Source: an uncultured Bacteroidales bacterium (GTDB lineage: Bacteria; Bacteroidota; Bacteroidia; Bacteroidales; VadinHA17). Taken from it: DNA of 64,000 bases. This document shows, one piece after another, positions 25,029 through 35,128 of the stretch. Numbering within the stretch: position 1 is the first letter of the stretch; every line of letters starts with the position of its first letter. The stretch spans positions 1,437,642-1,501,641 of the forward strand of contig CAWGJX010000001.1 of assembly GCA_963823065.1 (NCBI GenBank), written 5' to 3'. The position numbers and the translations under genes are program-made. The notes under the pieces were generated by a model. That model did no database searches and had not been told where the DNA came from. It worked only from the letters and a program-made list of their open reading frames with translations.

Positions 25029-28000
25029 ATGAGATTTTGTAACAAGTGTAAAATATTAATCTGTACAATTGGGTTCATATTTGTATATTGTTCATTATCA
25101 GTAGGTCAGACATTCAGTTTCGTAAACTATGGGTCTGAAAAGAATAATATTAATGGTTTCGTCTATACAATTGTTCAATCAAATGATGGCTTTTTGTGGG
25201 TGGGGACCGCTAATGGATTAAGCCGGTTCGATGGGTATGATTTTTTCCCGGTGCAATATCCCGATTCAGCATCCGGAAGATATCCCACCAAAAGTCTTAA
25301 AGATAAAAACGGAGTTCTCTGGTTTGGCTGCAGCGATGGATCAGTCTGGTATGCAAAGGAAAATAAACTAATCGCGGTACCACTCTCAAATACAAAGAGT
25401 ATAAGTGAACTATTAGAAGGACCTGACGGTCTGATCTATGTAATTCCTCAAGCCAAAGGTATCTATTCAATTAATCCACAAAAACCTGAAGATATTCATA
25501 AATATCCTATCTCATCAGATCCTGCCTTGTATTCCGGTTGTTTCACAAGTATAGGTAATTTGCTTATTGGCACCCAGGAGAATCTTCTTGTTTGTAAGAT
25601 CGAGAAAGATTCAGTAGCGATAATTAAAGTGATAAATGGATCTGACTCTTACGGGATTACCTCAATACACTCCACCGGCGACAAATCACGATTCATCGTG
25701 GGAACTGACGGGAATGGATTTTTTCAATTGAAAATTTCCGGTAATAGCGAGGAATTGATTCGTCTACCCGATTCTGAGAGATTCAATTCACTTAATATTC
25801 AATCTATCACTGAAGACTCCGAAAAGTCATTCTGGGTTTCAACAACCGGAGCGGGAGTCGTCCAGTTTGAGCTGACCGGGAATTTTGAAAAAATGAAATC
25901 AGCAAGATTGTACGATGTAAACTCAGGCTTAAATGGCAATAATGTAAAAACTGTTTACCAGGATTTCGAGGGTAATTATTGGTTTGGTTTATTTGGTGAA
26001 GGTATCTCTATGCTGACCTCTTATGCAATCGCTTATTATTTGCCGGGTAAAAGTTCGCAGGAGAATAATATATTATTTGTTAAGGATTTCGGGGATAATT
26101 ATATTCTTGGTACGCCAACAGGTTTCCATTTATTTAATTCTCTTACAGGAAAATCAATCTCATTCACTGATCTCAGCAATCAGGTTGGCCATTCAGAAAT
26201 TAAATCATATTTCCTCGATCATGATGATAATCTGTGGATCGGAACAAACGGGAATGGACTTTTTATCAGGAATAGTAAAGGATCCGTCAGGAGATTTTAC
26301 AGGTCAGGAGATACAGGAACGGATGACATTCGGGATATACAGATAGATAATAACAATATCTGGCTCGCTACAACGAATGGTGTTATCGTTCTTGATAAAG
26401 AGGGGAAAGTCAGGAAAAGATTTGATATCAACAATGGATTGCCCCACAATAGCATTAATAAAATTCTGCTGACAGATGATGGAGCGGCCTATATCGGCAC
26501 CGAAACCGATAAGTTATATAAAATTGATTCTGATTTTCACATATCAACCAGCAAACCGGTAATGGCAGGAAGCACACGGAACAGGATACTTTCCTTATCC
26601 CTATCCGGAGATGGCGCAATATGGGCAGCAACTGAAGGGAATGGGATATTCAAATTTCTTGGTGATTCTATTTCTTCAATTTCACGTTCAAATGATTTGA
26701 TGTCAAATTATTGTTACAGTATTCTGTCAGATGCTGATAACGATATCTGGGTGGGTCATAATAAGGGGATTTCCAATTTTAATTCCGCTACAGGGACTGT
26801 TAAAATTTTAGGAAGTGATTTTGCAAAAATAGGCATTTGTAATGCAGAAGGTATGTTCGAGTCTGCTGACAAGAAAATCTTTATAGGGACAACCGAAGGT
26901 TTAATAATTTATGACAAGATGAAAGAACGGAAGAATGAAATACCTCCGTTTAATAATATTAATACAATAGAGATTAACGATGTACCATATCCTTATCAGC
27001 CATCATTTGTGCTTCCATATATGAAGTATAAAATCAAAATCTATTATTCAGGCATAAATTTCAGTTCCCCTGATAAGGTTTATTATAGTTCTTACCTCGA
27101 GAACTTTGATCTTGACTGGAGTAAAATGACTACCTCTCGTGAGGCATTATATAGTCTTAGCGATGGCAAGTACCAATTTAGTCTTATCTCTTTAAATCAG
27201 GATGGATTATCACAAGGAGTTCCGGTCTCATTCTCCATTTTAATTAAAAAGCCTTTTTACAGAACATGGTGGTTCATTCTCTGCTGTATTGCAGCTTTGA
27301 CAGGTATTATTATGCTGATAATCAGGGAAAGGGATAAATCGCAGAAGAAAATACAGGAATATCTTGAAAATGAACTTGATGCGAGGACAAGTGTTGTGAT
27401 GAAGCAAAAAGGAGAAATCGAGCTTCAGAACATCGAAATCACCGACAGTATAAACTATGCCAAGCGGATTCAATCATCTATCCTGCCTGATATCAGCAAG
27501 CTGAAGGATTCATTTAAGGATGCATTTATCCTTTTTCATCCGCGTGATATTGTCAGCGGTGATTTTTACTGGTTTGATAAACTTGAAGAAGATAAGTTCA
27601 TCCTGGTGTGTGCTGATTCAACGGGACATGGAGTACCAGGAGCGTTTATGTCGATGATTGGCTCCACTCTTTTACAGGATATTGTTACCAGGAAACGTAT
27701 TTCAAAGCCATCAGAAATCCTGAGCCTGCTTGATAAGCAAATTTTTTCTACACTAAATCAAAATGTGGAATTGGGAGTTTCAAATGATGGCATGGATATG
27801 GTTGTCTGTGAATTCAGCATCTCAACCCGTCATATCAGATTCGCATCCGCCATGCGTCCGGTTATTCTTGTTCTCGATGGGGAACCGTTCTATATAAAAG
27901 GTAACCGCTCATCAGTTGGAGGTGAATCTGTGGTGGAAAAGTACTTCGATGATCAGGAATATTATCTTAAAGAGGGAGATACAATCTATCTTTTTTCTGA

Positions 28001-28190
28001 CGGTTTGCCTGACCAGTTTGGGGGAGCGGATGGTAAAAAACTAAAGATTGCCAGATTGAAGCGATTTATCGAACAGATATCAAAACTTTCCATGGAAGAA
28101 CAAAAGGAAGCAATGACGAAATTCTACTTCGACTGGAAAGGTGATTATGACCAGGTTGACGATGTTCTGCTTATGGGAGTTAGGGTCTGA
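25029..28190 (+). CDS. Sensor protein phosphatase: periplasmic two-component-regulator propeller/Y_Y_Y domain, one TM segment, then a SpoIIE (PP2C) phosphatase
   Basis: 1053 aa with repeated propeller motifs (DG.LW.GT..GL..F). Y_Y_Y-like region YKIKIYY...YYSSYLENFDLDWS is followed by the TM segment WWFILCCIAALTGIIMLII. The PP2C/SpoIIE motifs are AKRIQSSILP, SGDFYWF, ADSTGHGVPGAFMS and DGLPDQFGG. Confidence 0.8.
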   Translation: MRFCNKCKILICTIGFIFVYCSLSVGQTFSFVNYGSEKNNINGFVYTIVQSNDGFLWVGTANGLSRFDGYDFFPVQYPDSASGRYPTKSLKDKNGVLWFGCSDGSVWYAKENKLIAVPLSNTKSISELLEGPDGLIYVIPQAKGIYSINPQKPEDIHKYPISSDPALYSGCFTSIGNLLIGTQENLLVCKIEKDSVAIIKVINGSDSYGITSIHSTGDKSRFIVGTDGNGFFQLKISGNSEELIRLPDSERFNSLNIQSITEDSEKSFWVSTTGAGVVQFELTGNFEKMKSARLYDVNSGLNGNNVKTVYQDFEGNYWFGLFGEGISMLTSYAIAYYLPGKSSQENNILFVKDFGDNYILGTPTGFHLFNSLTGKSISFTDLSNQVGHSEIKSYFLDHDDNLWIGTNGNGLFIRNSKGSVRRFYRSGDTGTDDIRDIQIDNNNIWLATTNGVIVLDKEGKVRKRFDINNGLPHNSINKILLTDDGAAYIGTETDKLYKIDSDFHISTSKPVMAGSTRNRILSLSLSGDGAIWAATEGNGIFKFLGDSISSISRSNDLMSNYCYSILSDADNDIWVGHNKGISNFNSATGTVKILGSDFAKIGICNAEGMFESADKKIFIGTTEGLIIYDKMKERKNEIPPFNNINTIEINDVPYPYQPSFVLPYMKYKIKIYYSGINFSSPDKVYYSSYLENFDLDWSKMTTSREALYSLSDGKYQFSLISLNQDGLSQGVPVSFSILIKKPFYRTWWFILCCIAALTGIIMLIIRERDKSQKKIQEYLENELDARTSVVMKQKGEIELQNIEITDSINYAKRIQSSILPDISKLKDSFKDAFILFHPRDIVSGDFYWFDKLEEDKFILVCADSTGHGVPGAFMSMIGSTLLQDIVTRKRISKPSEILSLLDKQIFSTLNQNVELGVSNDGMDMVVCEFSISTRHIRFASAMRPVILVLDGEPFYIKGNRSSVGGESVVEKYFDDQEYYLKEGDTIYLFSDGLPDQFGGADGKKLKIARLKRFIEQISKLSMEEQKEAMTKFYFDWKGDYDQVDDVLLMGVRV

Positions 28191-28195
28191 GAGAA

Positions 28196-28711
28196 CTAAT
28201 TATAAATCTTATTTTGCGAGAGTACAATATCCGTAGTGGATGCCATATTGCTTTGGTTAAGAGCTCTGTCGGTAATATAAAAATCATAAGCTATTGTATC
28301 TCCGGGAGAATAAAATAAATAAAGGAAAGTCACGGAGATAGTTCCCTTAAGTATTTTGTTTCTTCCTAATCTTTCCATATACGGAATTCTGTATGAGGAT
28401 GGGTAAAGAGGATCATTTGAGGGTGCCGGAACAAGAACACCTCCTTTTCTCCTGTAAAGAGTTAAGAACAGATTTGTGGAATCAGTCTGACCGGCAGTGG
28501 GAGAATTCAATCCTACATCGCCATCACCATCTTCAAAATAGAACCTCAACCTTCCTCCCTTGGAGTGGTTTCCAAGAATATCGGTAGTGTCAAAAATTGC
28601 AAAATTCGTAAATTCAATATGAGGAACATTTGACAATTGTTCAATTTTTTTACATGAACCAAAGACAGTGATTATAATAAATAAGAGGAGGAGATATTTA
28701 ATTTTTTTCAT
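28196..28711 (-). CDS. Hypothetical lipoprotein
   Basis: 171 aa with a lipobox-like sequence, VFGSC, after the signal peptide. Confidence 0.5.
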   Translation of the reverse strand: MKKIKYLLLLFIIITVFGSCKKIEQLSNVPHIEFTNFAIFDTTDILGNHSKGGRLRFYFEDGDGDVGLNSPTAGQTDSTNLFLTLYRRKGGVLVPAPSNDPLYPSSYRIPYMERLGRNKILKGTISVTFLYLFYSPGDTIAYDFYITDRALNQSNMASTTDIVLSQNKIYN

Positions 28712-28759
28712 GGTTTTAAATTAAATATACATTTCAAACAAAATCTACTCCAAATGTGA

Positions 28760-30064
28760 TCATTTTTTTCGGAAAAATATCCTAATTGGCACTCCGGTGA
28801 ATTCGAATTTCTCTCTCATCCTGTTCTCAAGATATCTTTTATACGGATCTTTCACATATTGAGGCAGGTTACAAAAGAACGCAAAAGCAGGAGTATATAT
28901 CGGAAGCTGGGTCACGTACTTAATTTTAACATACTTTCCCTTCAATGCCGGGGGTGGATTGTTTTTTACGACCTGTAACATTACCTCATTTAATTCAGAG
29001 GTACTTATCTTTCTGTTCCTGTTCTCATTTACCTTTTCTACCAGTTCAAGTACTTTGTGTATCCTTTGCTTATTTATAGCTGATATAAAAAGGATTGGAT
29101 AATCTGTGAAAGGTGCAGTTTTCTCCCTGATATCATTTTCAAAAATAACTGTAGTGTTATTTTCTTTTTCAATAAGGTCCCATTTATTGACGAGCACTAT
29201 CATGCCCTTATTGTTTTTTTGAATGAGCGACATTATATTAAGGTCCTGTGCTTCGATTCCCCTCGTTGCATCAATTAACAAAAGACATATATCTGAGTTT
29301 TCAATTGTCTTAACCGCCCTCATTACAGAATAAAACTCTATATCTTCGCTAACCTTTCCTTTTTTACGTAATCCGGCAGTATCAACGAGCAAAAAGTCGT
29401 GCTGAAATTTATTGTATCGGGTATATATTGAATCACGGGTTGTACCGGCAACCGGCGTAACGATGTTTCTTTCTTCTCCGAGTAATGAATTTACCAGAGA
29501 TGACTTGCCAACATTTGGCCTCCCTACTATAGCAATTCTTGGTAATTCCGGGATGAGAGCTGGTTCTTCTTCCGGAAGATTTTTTACTACTTCATCAAGA
29601 AGTTCCCCTGTTCCGCTGCCATTCATAGAGCTTAAAGGAAAATAATCACCAAGACCAAGATTGTAGAATTCACTGGCATCCAGAAGTCTTTGGCCATTAT
29701 CTACCTTATTTACAACAAGTAAAACTTTTTTGTCAACCCTGCGCAGAAACGATGCTACTGAACTATCCAGTTCATGTATGCCGCATGTAACATCAACCAT
29801 AAATAGTATCAGATCTGACTCTTCAATTGCAAGCAGAACCTGTTTATTTATTTCTTCCTCAAAAATGTCATCCGAATTCTGAACATATCCGCCGGTATCT
29901 ATAACTGAGAAATCCATACCATTCCAGTGCGATACTCCATAGTTGCGATCGCGGGTAACTCCGCTTACTTCATCAACTATAGCTTCCCTCGAATCGGTAA
30001 GCCTGTTGAAAAGTGTCGATTTCCCAACATTTGGTCTTCCTACTATTGCAACTATTCTGCTCAT
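28760..30064 (-). CDS. der: Ribosome-associated GTPase Der (EngA)
   Basis: 434 aa with two GTPase domains (GRPNVGKST twice, DTGG/DTAG, NKVD/NKWD) and a KH-like C-terminus. Confidence 0.95.
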   Translation of the reverse strand: MSRIVAIVGRPNVGKSTLFNRLTDSREAIVDEVSGVTRDRNYGVSHWNGMDFSVIDTGGYVQNSDDIFEEEINKQVLLAIEESDLILFMVDVTCGIHELDSSVASFLRRVDKKVLLVVNKVDNGQRLLDASEFYNLGLGDYFPLSSMNGSGTGELLDEVVKNLPEEEPALIPELPRIAIVGRPNVGKSSLVNSLLGEERNIVTPVAGTTRDSIYTRYNKFQHDFLLVDTAGLRKKGKVSEDIEFYSVMRAVKTIENSDICLLLIDATRGIEAQDLNIMSLIQKNNKGMIVLVNKWDLIEKENNTTVIFENDIREKTAPFTDYPILFISAINKQRIHKVLELVEKVNENRNRKISTSELNEVMLQVVKNNPPPALKGKYVKIKYVTQLPIYTPAFAFFCNLPQYVKDPYKRYLENRMREKFEFTGVPIRIFFRKK

Positions 30065-30085
30065 AAAATGTGAAATATTATTAAT

Positions 30086-30964
30086 CTATTGATAACCAAA
30101 ACGTTTAAGGATCACTGATTTGTCTCTCCAGTCCTTTGTCACTTTTACGTATAATTCAAGGAAGACTTTTTTTCTGAAAAAATCCTCCATATCATGTCGG
30201 GCTTCAGTTCCAACCCTTTTCAGCATTGATCCTTTATGACCTATTATTATTCCTTTCTGGCTGTCGCGCACGACATGTATCAATGCCCTTATTTTAATTA
30301 TAGCCTTCTCATCTTTAAATTCTTCGATCTCAACTTCAACAGAATAAGGGATCTCTTTTTTATAATTCACCAGGATTTTTTCCCGAATGATCTCCGATGC
30401 AAAAAAGCGTTCATACTTATCTGTAAGCTGATCTTTAGGGAAATAAGGAGGGCCTTCAGGAAGCTTCGCGAGAATTGCATTCAGAAGCGAATCCAGATTA
30501 AATTTTTTAAGACCTGATACAGGTATTATGGGTGAATCAGGAAATGCTGAATGCCAGGGTTCAACAATTTTTTCAAGATCTTCCTGGGTTGTCAGATCCA
30601 CTTTGTTCAGGGCAATAATAACAGGAATGCCCGATTCTTTAATCTTGTCAATATACTCTCCTTCATTTGCTGAACGTTCACCAACATCAGTAACATACAG
30701 AATCATATCTGCATCGGTTAAAGCTGAATTTACAGAATTCATCATGGTCTCCTGTAGCTTGTACTGTGGTCTTAGTATCCCGGGTGTGTCTGAATAAACA
30801 ATCTGAAAATCTTCTCCGTTTACTATTCCCATTATCCTATGGCGCGTTGTTTGCGCTTTTGCAGTAATAATGGAAAGTTTTTCCCCCACAAGAGCATTCA
30901 TGATAGTCGACTTCCCGACATTAGGATTTCCCAATATATTAACAAAACCGGATCTGTGATTCAT
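30086..30964 (-). CDS. era: GTPase Era
   Basis: 292 aa with GNPNVGKST, DTPG, NKVD and a C-terminal KH domain (VRDSQKGIIIGHKGSMLKRVG). Confidence 0.95.
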   Translation of the reverse strand: MNHRSGFVNILGNPNVGKSTIMNALVGEKLSIITAKAQTTRHRIMGIVNGEDFQIVYSDTPGILRPQYKLQETMMNSVNSALTDADMILYVTDVGERSANEGEYIDKIKESGIPVIIALNKVDLTTQEDLEKIVEPWHSAFPDSPIIPVSGLKKFNLDSLLNAILAKLPEGPPYFPKDQLTDKYERFFASEIIREKILVNYKKEIPYSVEVEIEEFKDEKAIIKIRALIHVVRDSQKGIIIGHKGSMLKRVGTEARHDMEDFFRKKVFLELYVKVTKDWRDKSVILKRFGYQ

Positions 30965-30973
30965 TTGAAAAGA

Positions 30974-31822
30974 TTAAAAGATTCCACGCTTGAGCATGCT
31001 TATTTCTTTATCATTAAGGTAACGCCACTTTCCGCGTTGAACATTCTTTTTTGTTAGTCCTGCAAAATATACGCGATCGAGTTTCTTAACTTTATAGCCT
31101 AAGGACTCAAACATACGTCTTACGACCCTGTTCTGTCCCGAATGAAGTTCTATTCCTATCTGGCTCTTATCATCGGGATCAGCATAGGATACAGCGTCAG
31201 CAATAATTGTCATTCCATCAAGCTCTATGCCTTCGGTCAGTTTGAAAAGATCATTCCTGGTAACAGGGTTATCGAGAAAGACATGATATATTTTTCTTCT
31301 TTTATACTTAGGATGTGTAAGCTTTCCTGCCAGATCTCCATCATTTGTGAGCAGAAGCACTCCGGTAGTCGCCTTATCAAGACGTCCGACAGGGTAAACT
31401 CTTTCAGGACAACTGTCACCGATAAGCTCAAGGACTGTATGTTCGGCATGCGGGTCCTCAACTGTGGTGACATAATCTTTCGGTTTATTCATTAATATAT
31501 ACACCTTTTTTTCAGCTGAGAGCTTTTTATTTTTAAACCTGACATCATCATCATAGCTGACTTTGGTTCCCATGTCTGTCACAACATTTCCGTTAACAGA
31601 GATAAATCCGTTCTTTATATGTTCATCAGCATCCCTTCTCGAACAGACGCCGCTGTTGGCAATGAATCTGTTCAGTCTGATCAGCGTGATCTGGCTCTCA
31701 CCAGTCTTTCGATCAGAATTTCCTTTTCTCACCGGTTTTCCGGTAGCTTTACGGCTTCTTGAATCATTTGCTTCAGGTTTTACATATTTCCCCGACCTTC
31801 CTGCAGCCTTTTGGTTCTCCAT
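30974..31822 (-). CDS. rluB: Pseudouridine synthase (RsuA/RluB family) with an S4 domain
   Basis: It has a basic N-terminal tail, the S4 motif RLNRFIANSGVCSRRDADEHI, and the catalytic motif VGRLDKATTGVLLLTNDG. Confidence 0.85.
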   Translation of the reverse strand: MENQKAAGRSGKYVKPEANDSRSRKATGKPVRKGNSDRKTGESQITLIRLNRFIANSGVCSRRDADEHIKNGFISVNGNVVTDMGTKVSYDDDVRFKNKKLSAEKKVYILMNKPKDYVTTVEDPHAEHTVLELIGDSCPERVYPVGRLDKATTGVLLLTNDGDLAGKLTHPKYKRRKIYHVFLDNPVTRNDLFKLTEGIELDGMTIIADAVSYADPDDKSQIGIELHSGQNRVVRRMFESLGYKVKKLDRVYFAGLTKKNVQRGKWRYLNDKEISMLKRGIF

Positions 31823-31916
31823 ATCAATAATTTATCAGGGTGCAAAGGTACAATTATTTGCTGATATTAATCTGATGATTTTTTTGCACCTTTGCAGAGA
31901 AGAAAACCTTATAAAA

Positions 31917-33300
31917 ATGGCCTTAATAAAATCAATTTCAGGTATTCGCGGAACAATTGGTGGAAAGCCCGGAGAAAGCTTGTCGCCCTTAGATATAGTG
32001 AAATTTTCTGCTTCTTTCGGAACATGGTTGCAACTGCGACATAAGAAGATCAGTTTAAAAGTAATCGTTGGCCGTGATGCCCGCAAATCGGGAAGCATGG
32101 TAAATAGCCTGGTTATTACTACATTACGAAGTCTCGGGATAAATGTGATCGATCTGGGGCTGGCAACTACGCCAACTGTGGAAATTGCAGTAACAGGGAA
32201 CAAAGCTGACGGAGGAATCATTATTACGGCAAGTCATAATCCTGCAGAATGGAATGCCCTGAAGCTTCTTAACGAGAAGGGTGAGTTTCTTAATGGTCCT
32301 GAGGGGTTGAAAGTTCTTGAAATAGCTGACAAAGAAGATTTTAATTTTATATCGAATGATCTTTCCGGTACCATTATAATCGATGAATCGTGGGGAGAAA
32401 GACATATTGAGCAGATTCTGGGGCTAAAGCTTGTTGATATAAAAGCGATAAAAAAAGCAGATTTTACGGTCGCAATAGATTGCGTAAACTCTGTAGGAGG
32501 AATTATATTACCCAAACTACTTACTGCTCTGGGAGTGAATAAAATACATGAACTCAACACTGTTCCTGACGGTAATTTCGCACATAATCCGGAACCAATT
32601 CCTGAAAATCTTAAAGATATTTCAGCTTTTGTTGTAAAATCAAAAGCTGATATCGGATTCGTAGTTGATCCCGATGTAGACCGACTGGCAATCGTATGTG
32701 AAGACGGATCAATGTTTGGAGAAGAATATACTCTTGTTTCGGTCTCAGATTATGTTTTGAAAAACACTCCCGGAAATACTGTATCGAATCTATCTTCGAC
32801 GAAAGCACTTAAAGATATAACCTCAGGATATGGATGCCATCACTTCTCAGCATCTGTTGGTGAAGTAAATGTGGTAGAGGAAATGAAAAAAAGTAATGCT
32901 GTAATAGGAGGCGAAGGTAATGGCGGGGTAATATATCCCGAATTGCACTATGGACGGGATGCTCTCGTAGGAATAGCACTTTTCCTTTCACATATTGCAA
33001 AATCCGGAATGAAATGTTCTTCATTACGGAAAATATATCCGCAATACATTATTGCCAAGAAGAAACTTACCCTCGATCCTGGTGTAGAATTCAGTAAGAT
33101 AACAGGAAGAGTGAAAGAAACATTTTCATAATCATTTAACTGATGAGCGGGATGGATTATGGATTGATGATAAAAATGGCTGGGTTCAGATAAGAAAATC
33201 CAATACCGAACCGATAATGCGTATTTATGCCGAAGGAAGAACAAATCAGGAGGCAGAAGAACTGGCAAATACCGTTATTGAGATTGTTAAAAAAGTCTGA
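31917..33300 (+). pseudogene. glmM: Phosphoglucosamine mutase glmM, interrupted by a single-base frameshift in a T4 run (33123-33126)
   Basis: From ATG 31917 the product starts MALIKSISGIRGTIGG and includes TASHNP and the GGEGNGG loop, then stops at 33131. The conserved C-terminus (DGLWIDDKNGWVQIRKSNTEPIMRIYAEG...) continues in the +1 frame to the TGA at 33298-33300. Deleting one T restores a protein of about 460 aa. Confidence 0.85.
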
Positions 33301-33567
33301 TTCATTATATTATCTGGTATTTCTGCAGGAAATAGTCTGACAGGGTGGTCTTAATCTTATAATCTGCAAAGTATTCTTGTTAAAAATTGTTAATGAATGA
33401 AAAGGGAGAACCCTTTTTAATACTTTTGTCGCAGAGTGCTGATTTTTGAATCTAAAAATATTAAAAACTTCAGATGAACCTGACACGTTTTGCGTCGAAT
33501 AGCTTTTATGTAATATATTTCTAAACATGAGAGTTTACTACAAACTGTTAATATTAATTATTTTATA

Positions 33568-35107
33568 ATGAAAAGAACCGGAATTATTGCAGGCATTATT
33601 GTTATTGTTGCAATCATTATTTTGATTGTGATCAGCAAAGTGACCTCTAAAAAAGATATTGCCAAATCTCTATGCTGAATCTGAAAAAGGGCAGTTCGAT
33701 ATTGTAGTTACCACTACCGGCGAATTTCAGGCAAAAAAATCTACCGACATAACGGGTCCTGAATTTTCCCAGAGCAGAAATATAAGGGCAATGGATATTA
33801 AAATTACTGATTTAATACCGGAAGGTTCCGAGGTAAAAAGATGGAGACTATGTAGCTACTCTCGACAGGACAGCATTTGACAACAGTCTGAAGGATGAAC
33901 TTGAGAGGCTAACTACTTATGAAACAAATCTCGAGATGAAAATCCTGGATACTGCTGTTACTCTTAGCAATTTAAGGGACAATATAAAAAATCTAAGATT
34001 TACAGTTGAAGAGGCTGCAATAACTCTTCAGCAGTCAAAATATGAGCCACCAACAACTATCCGTCAGGCAGAGATTTCTCTCGATAAAGCAAACCGTTCT
34101 TAGATCAGAATATCAGAGGCTATTCGTTAAGGGTCGAACAGGCAAAATCGGATATGCGTACCAACAAAAACCAATCTCTCAGAACAAAAAGTCAGAGTCG
34201 GCGATTTGCAGACAGTCCTGTCAAAATTTATTATTAATGCTCCATCATCAGGTATGATCATTTATAAACGAGACAGGATGGGAATCAAGGGAAAGTAGGT
34301 TCCTCAATCAGTCCATGGGATAATGTGGTTGCTACTCTTCCTGATATGTCATCGATGATATCAAAGACTTATGTCAATGAAATTGATGTAAGCAAAGTAA
34401 AGCCGGAACAGCATGTTGAAATTATGGTAGATGCATTTCCTGAAAAATCCTATACCGGAACTGTAACAAGTGTTGCAAACATAGGGGAACAGCTTCCCAA
34501 CGCCGATGCAAAAGTTTTTGAAGTCCTCATTGAAGTGGACGGATCTGATCCTATATTGAGACCCTCAATGACAACAGGGAACAAGATTATAACAAAAACT
34601 ATTAGTGACGTAACTTTCATTCCTCTTGAAAGCGTCCAGACAGGTCCTGATAGCATACCTTTTGTCTATCTGAAAAACGGAACAAGACAGGTCGTTGTTC
34701 TGGGCGAATCAAATGAAAACAATGTTGTTGTTGAAAAAGGACTGACACCAGGAGTTCAGATATATCTGAGCACTCCTGAAAAACCTGAAAAGTACAAACT
34801 TGTTGGTCAGGAACTGATATCGGTAATACATGAACGTGAAAACATTAAAAAGGCTGAAGAACTTAAGGCAAGACAGGATGCAGAAAAAGCCAAATTAATG
34901 GAAGGGGAGATGGGAGGAACTGGAATGGGGCGCCCGGGAATGAATATCACACCTGAGATGATGCAACGATTTCAGAAGACGCGGTCAGAAAATAGCCGGC
35001 AAAGCTCTGTAAAGGATACAATTACGCGAAGGAGAACAAACAGGCAATCTGCAGAAGGTCAGGGTCAGAACGGGCAGGTATCTTCACAGACAACTATCCA
35101 GAAATAA
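33568..35107 (+). pseudogene. Efflux periplasmic adaptor (HlyD/MacA-type membrane fusion protein) broken by five single-base frameshifts
   Basis: The fragments read MKRTGIIAGIIV..., LYAESEKGQFDIVVTTTGEFQA..., DGDYVATLDRTAFDN...QAEISLDKANRS, LDQNIRGYSLRVEQAKSDMRT, NLSEQKVRVGDLQTVLSKFIINAPSSGMIIYKRDRMGIKGK and VGSSISPWDNVVATLPDMS... through to the stop. They join across homopolymer runs at 33664-66, 33835-39, 34097-101, 34166-70 and 34289-94. The net shift is +1, consistent with the observed frames. Confidence 0.8.
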
Positions 35108-35128
35108 TTAATTTAATAGGAGATTAAA

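Noticed and set aside
31563-31916. 118-aa N-terminal extension of the glmM ORF in the ORF track
   Set aside because: It runs antisense through the rluB-like gene and has no GlmM similarity. The conserved GlmM N-terminus (MALIKSISGIRGT) begins at ATG 31917.
34042-34257. 71-aa ORF inside the broken efflux-adaptor region
   Set aside because: Its frame is not one of those that carry adaptor-like sequence. The adaptor can be threaded through the other two frames here, so this ORF is a by-product of the frameshifted region.
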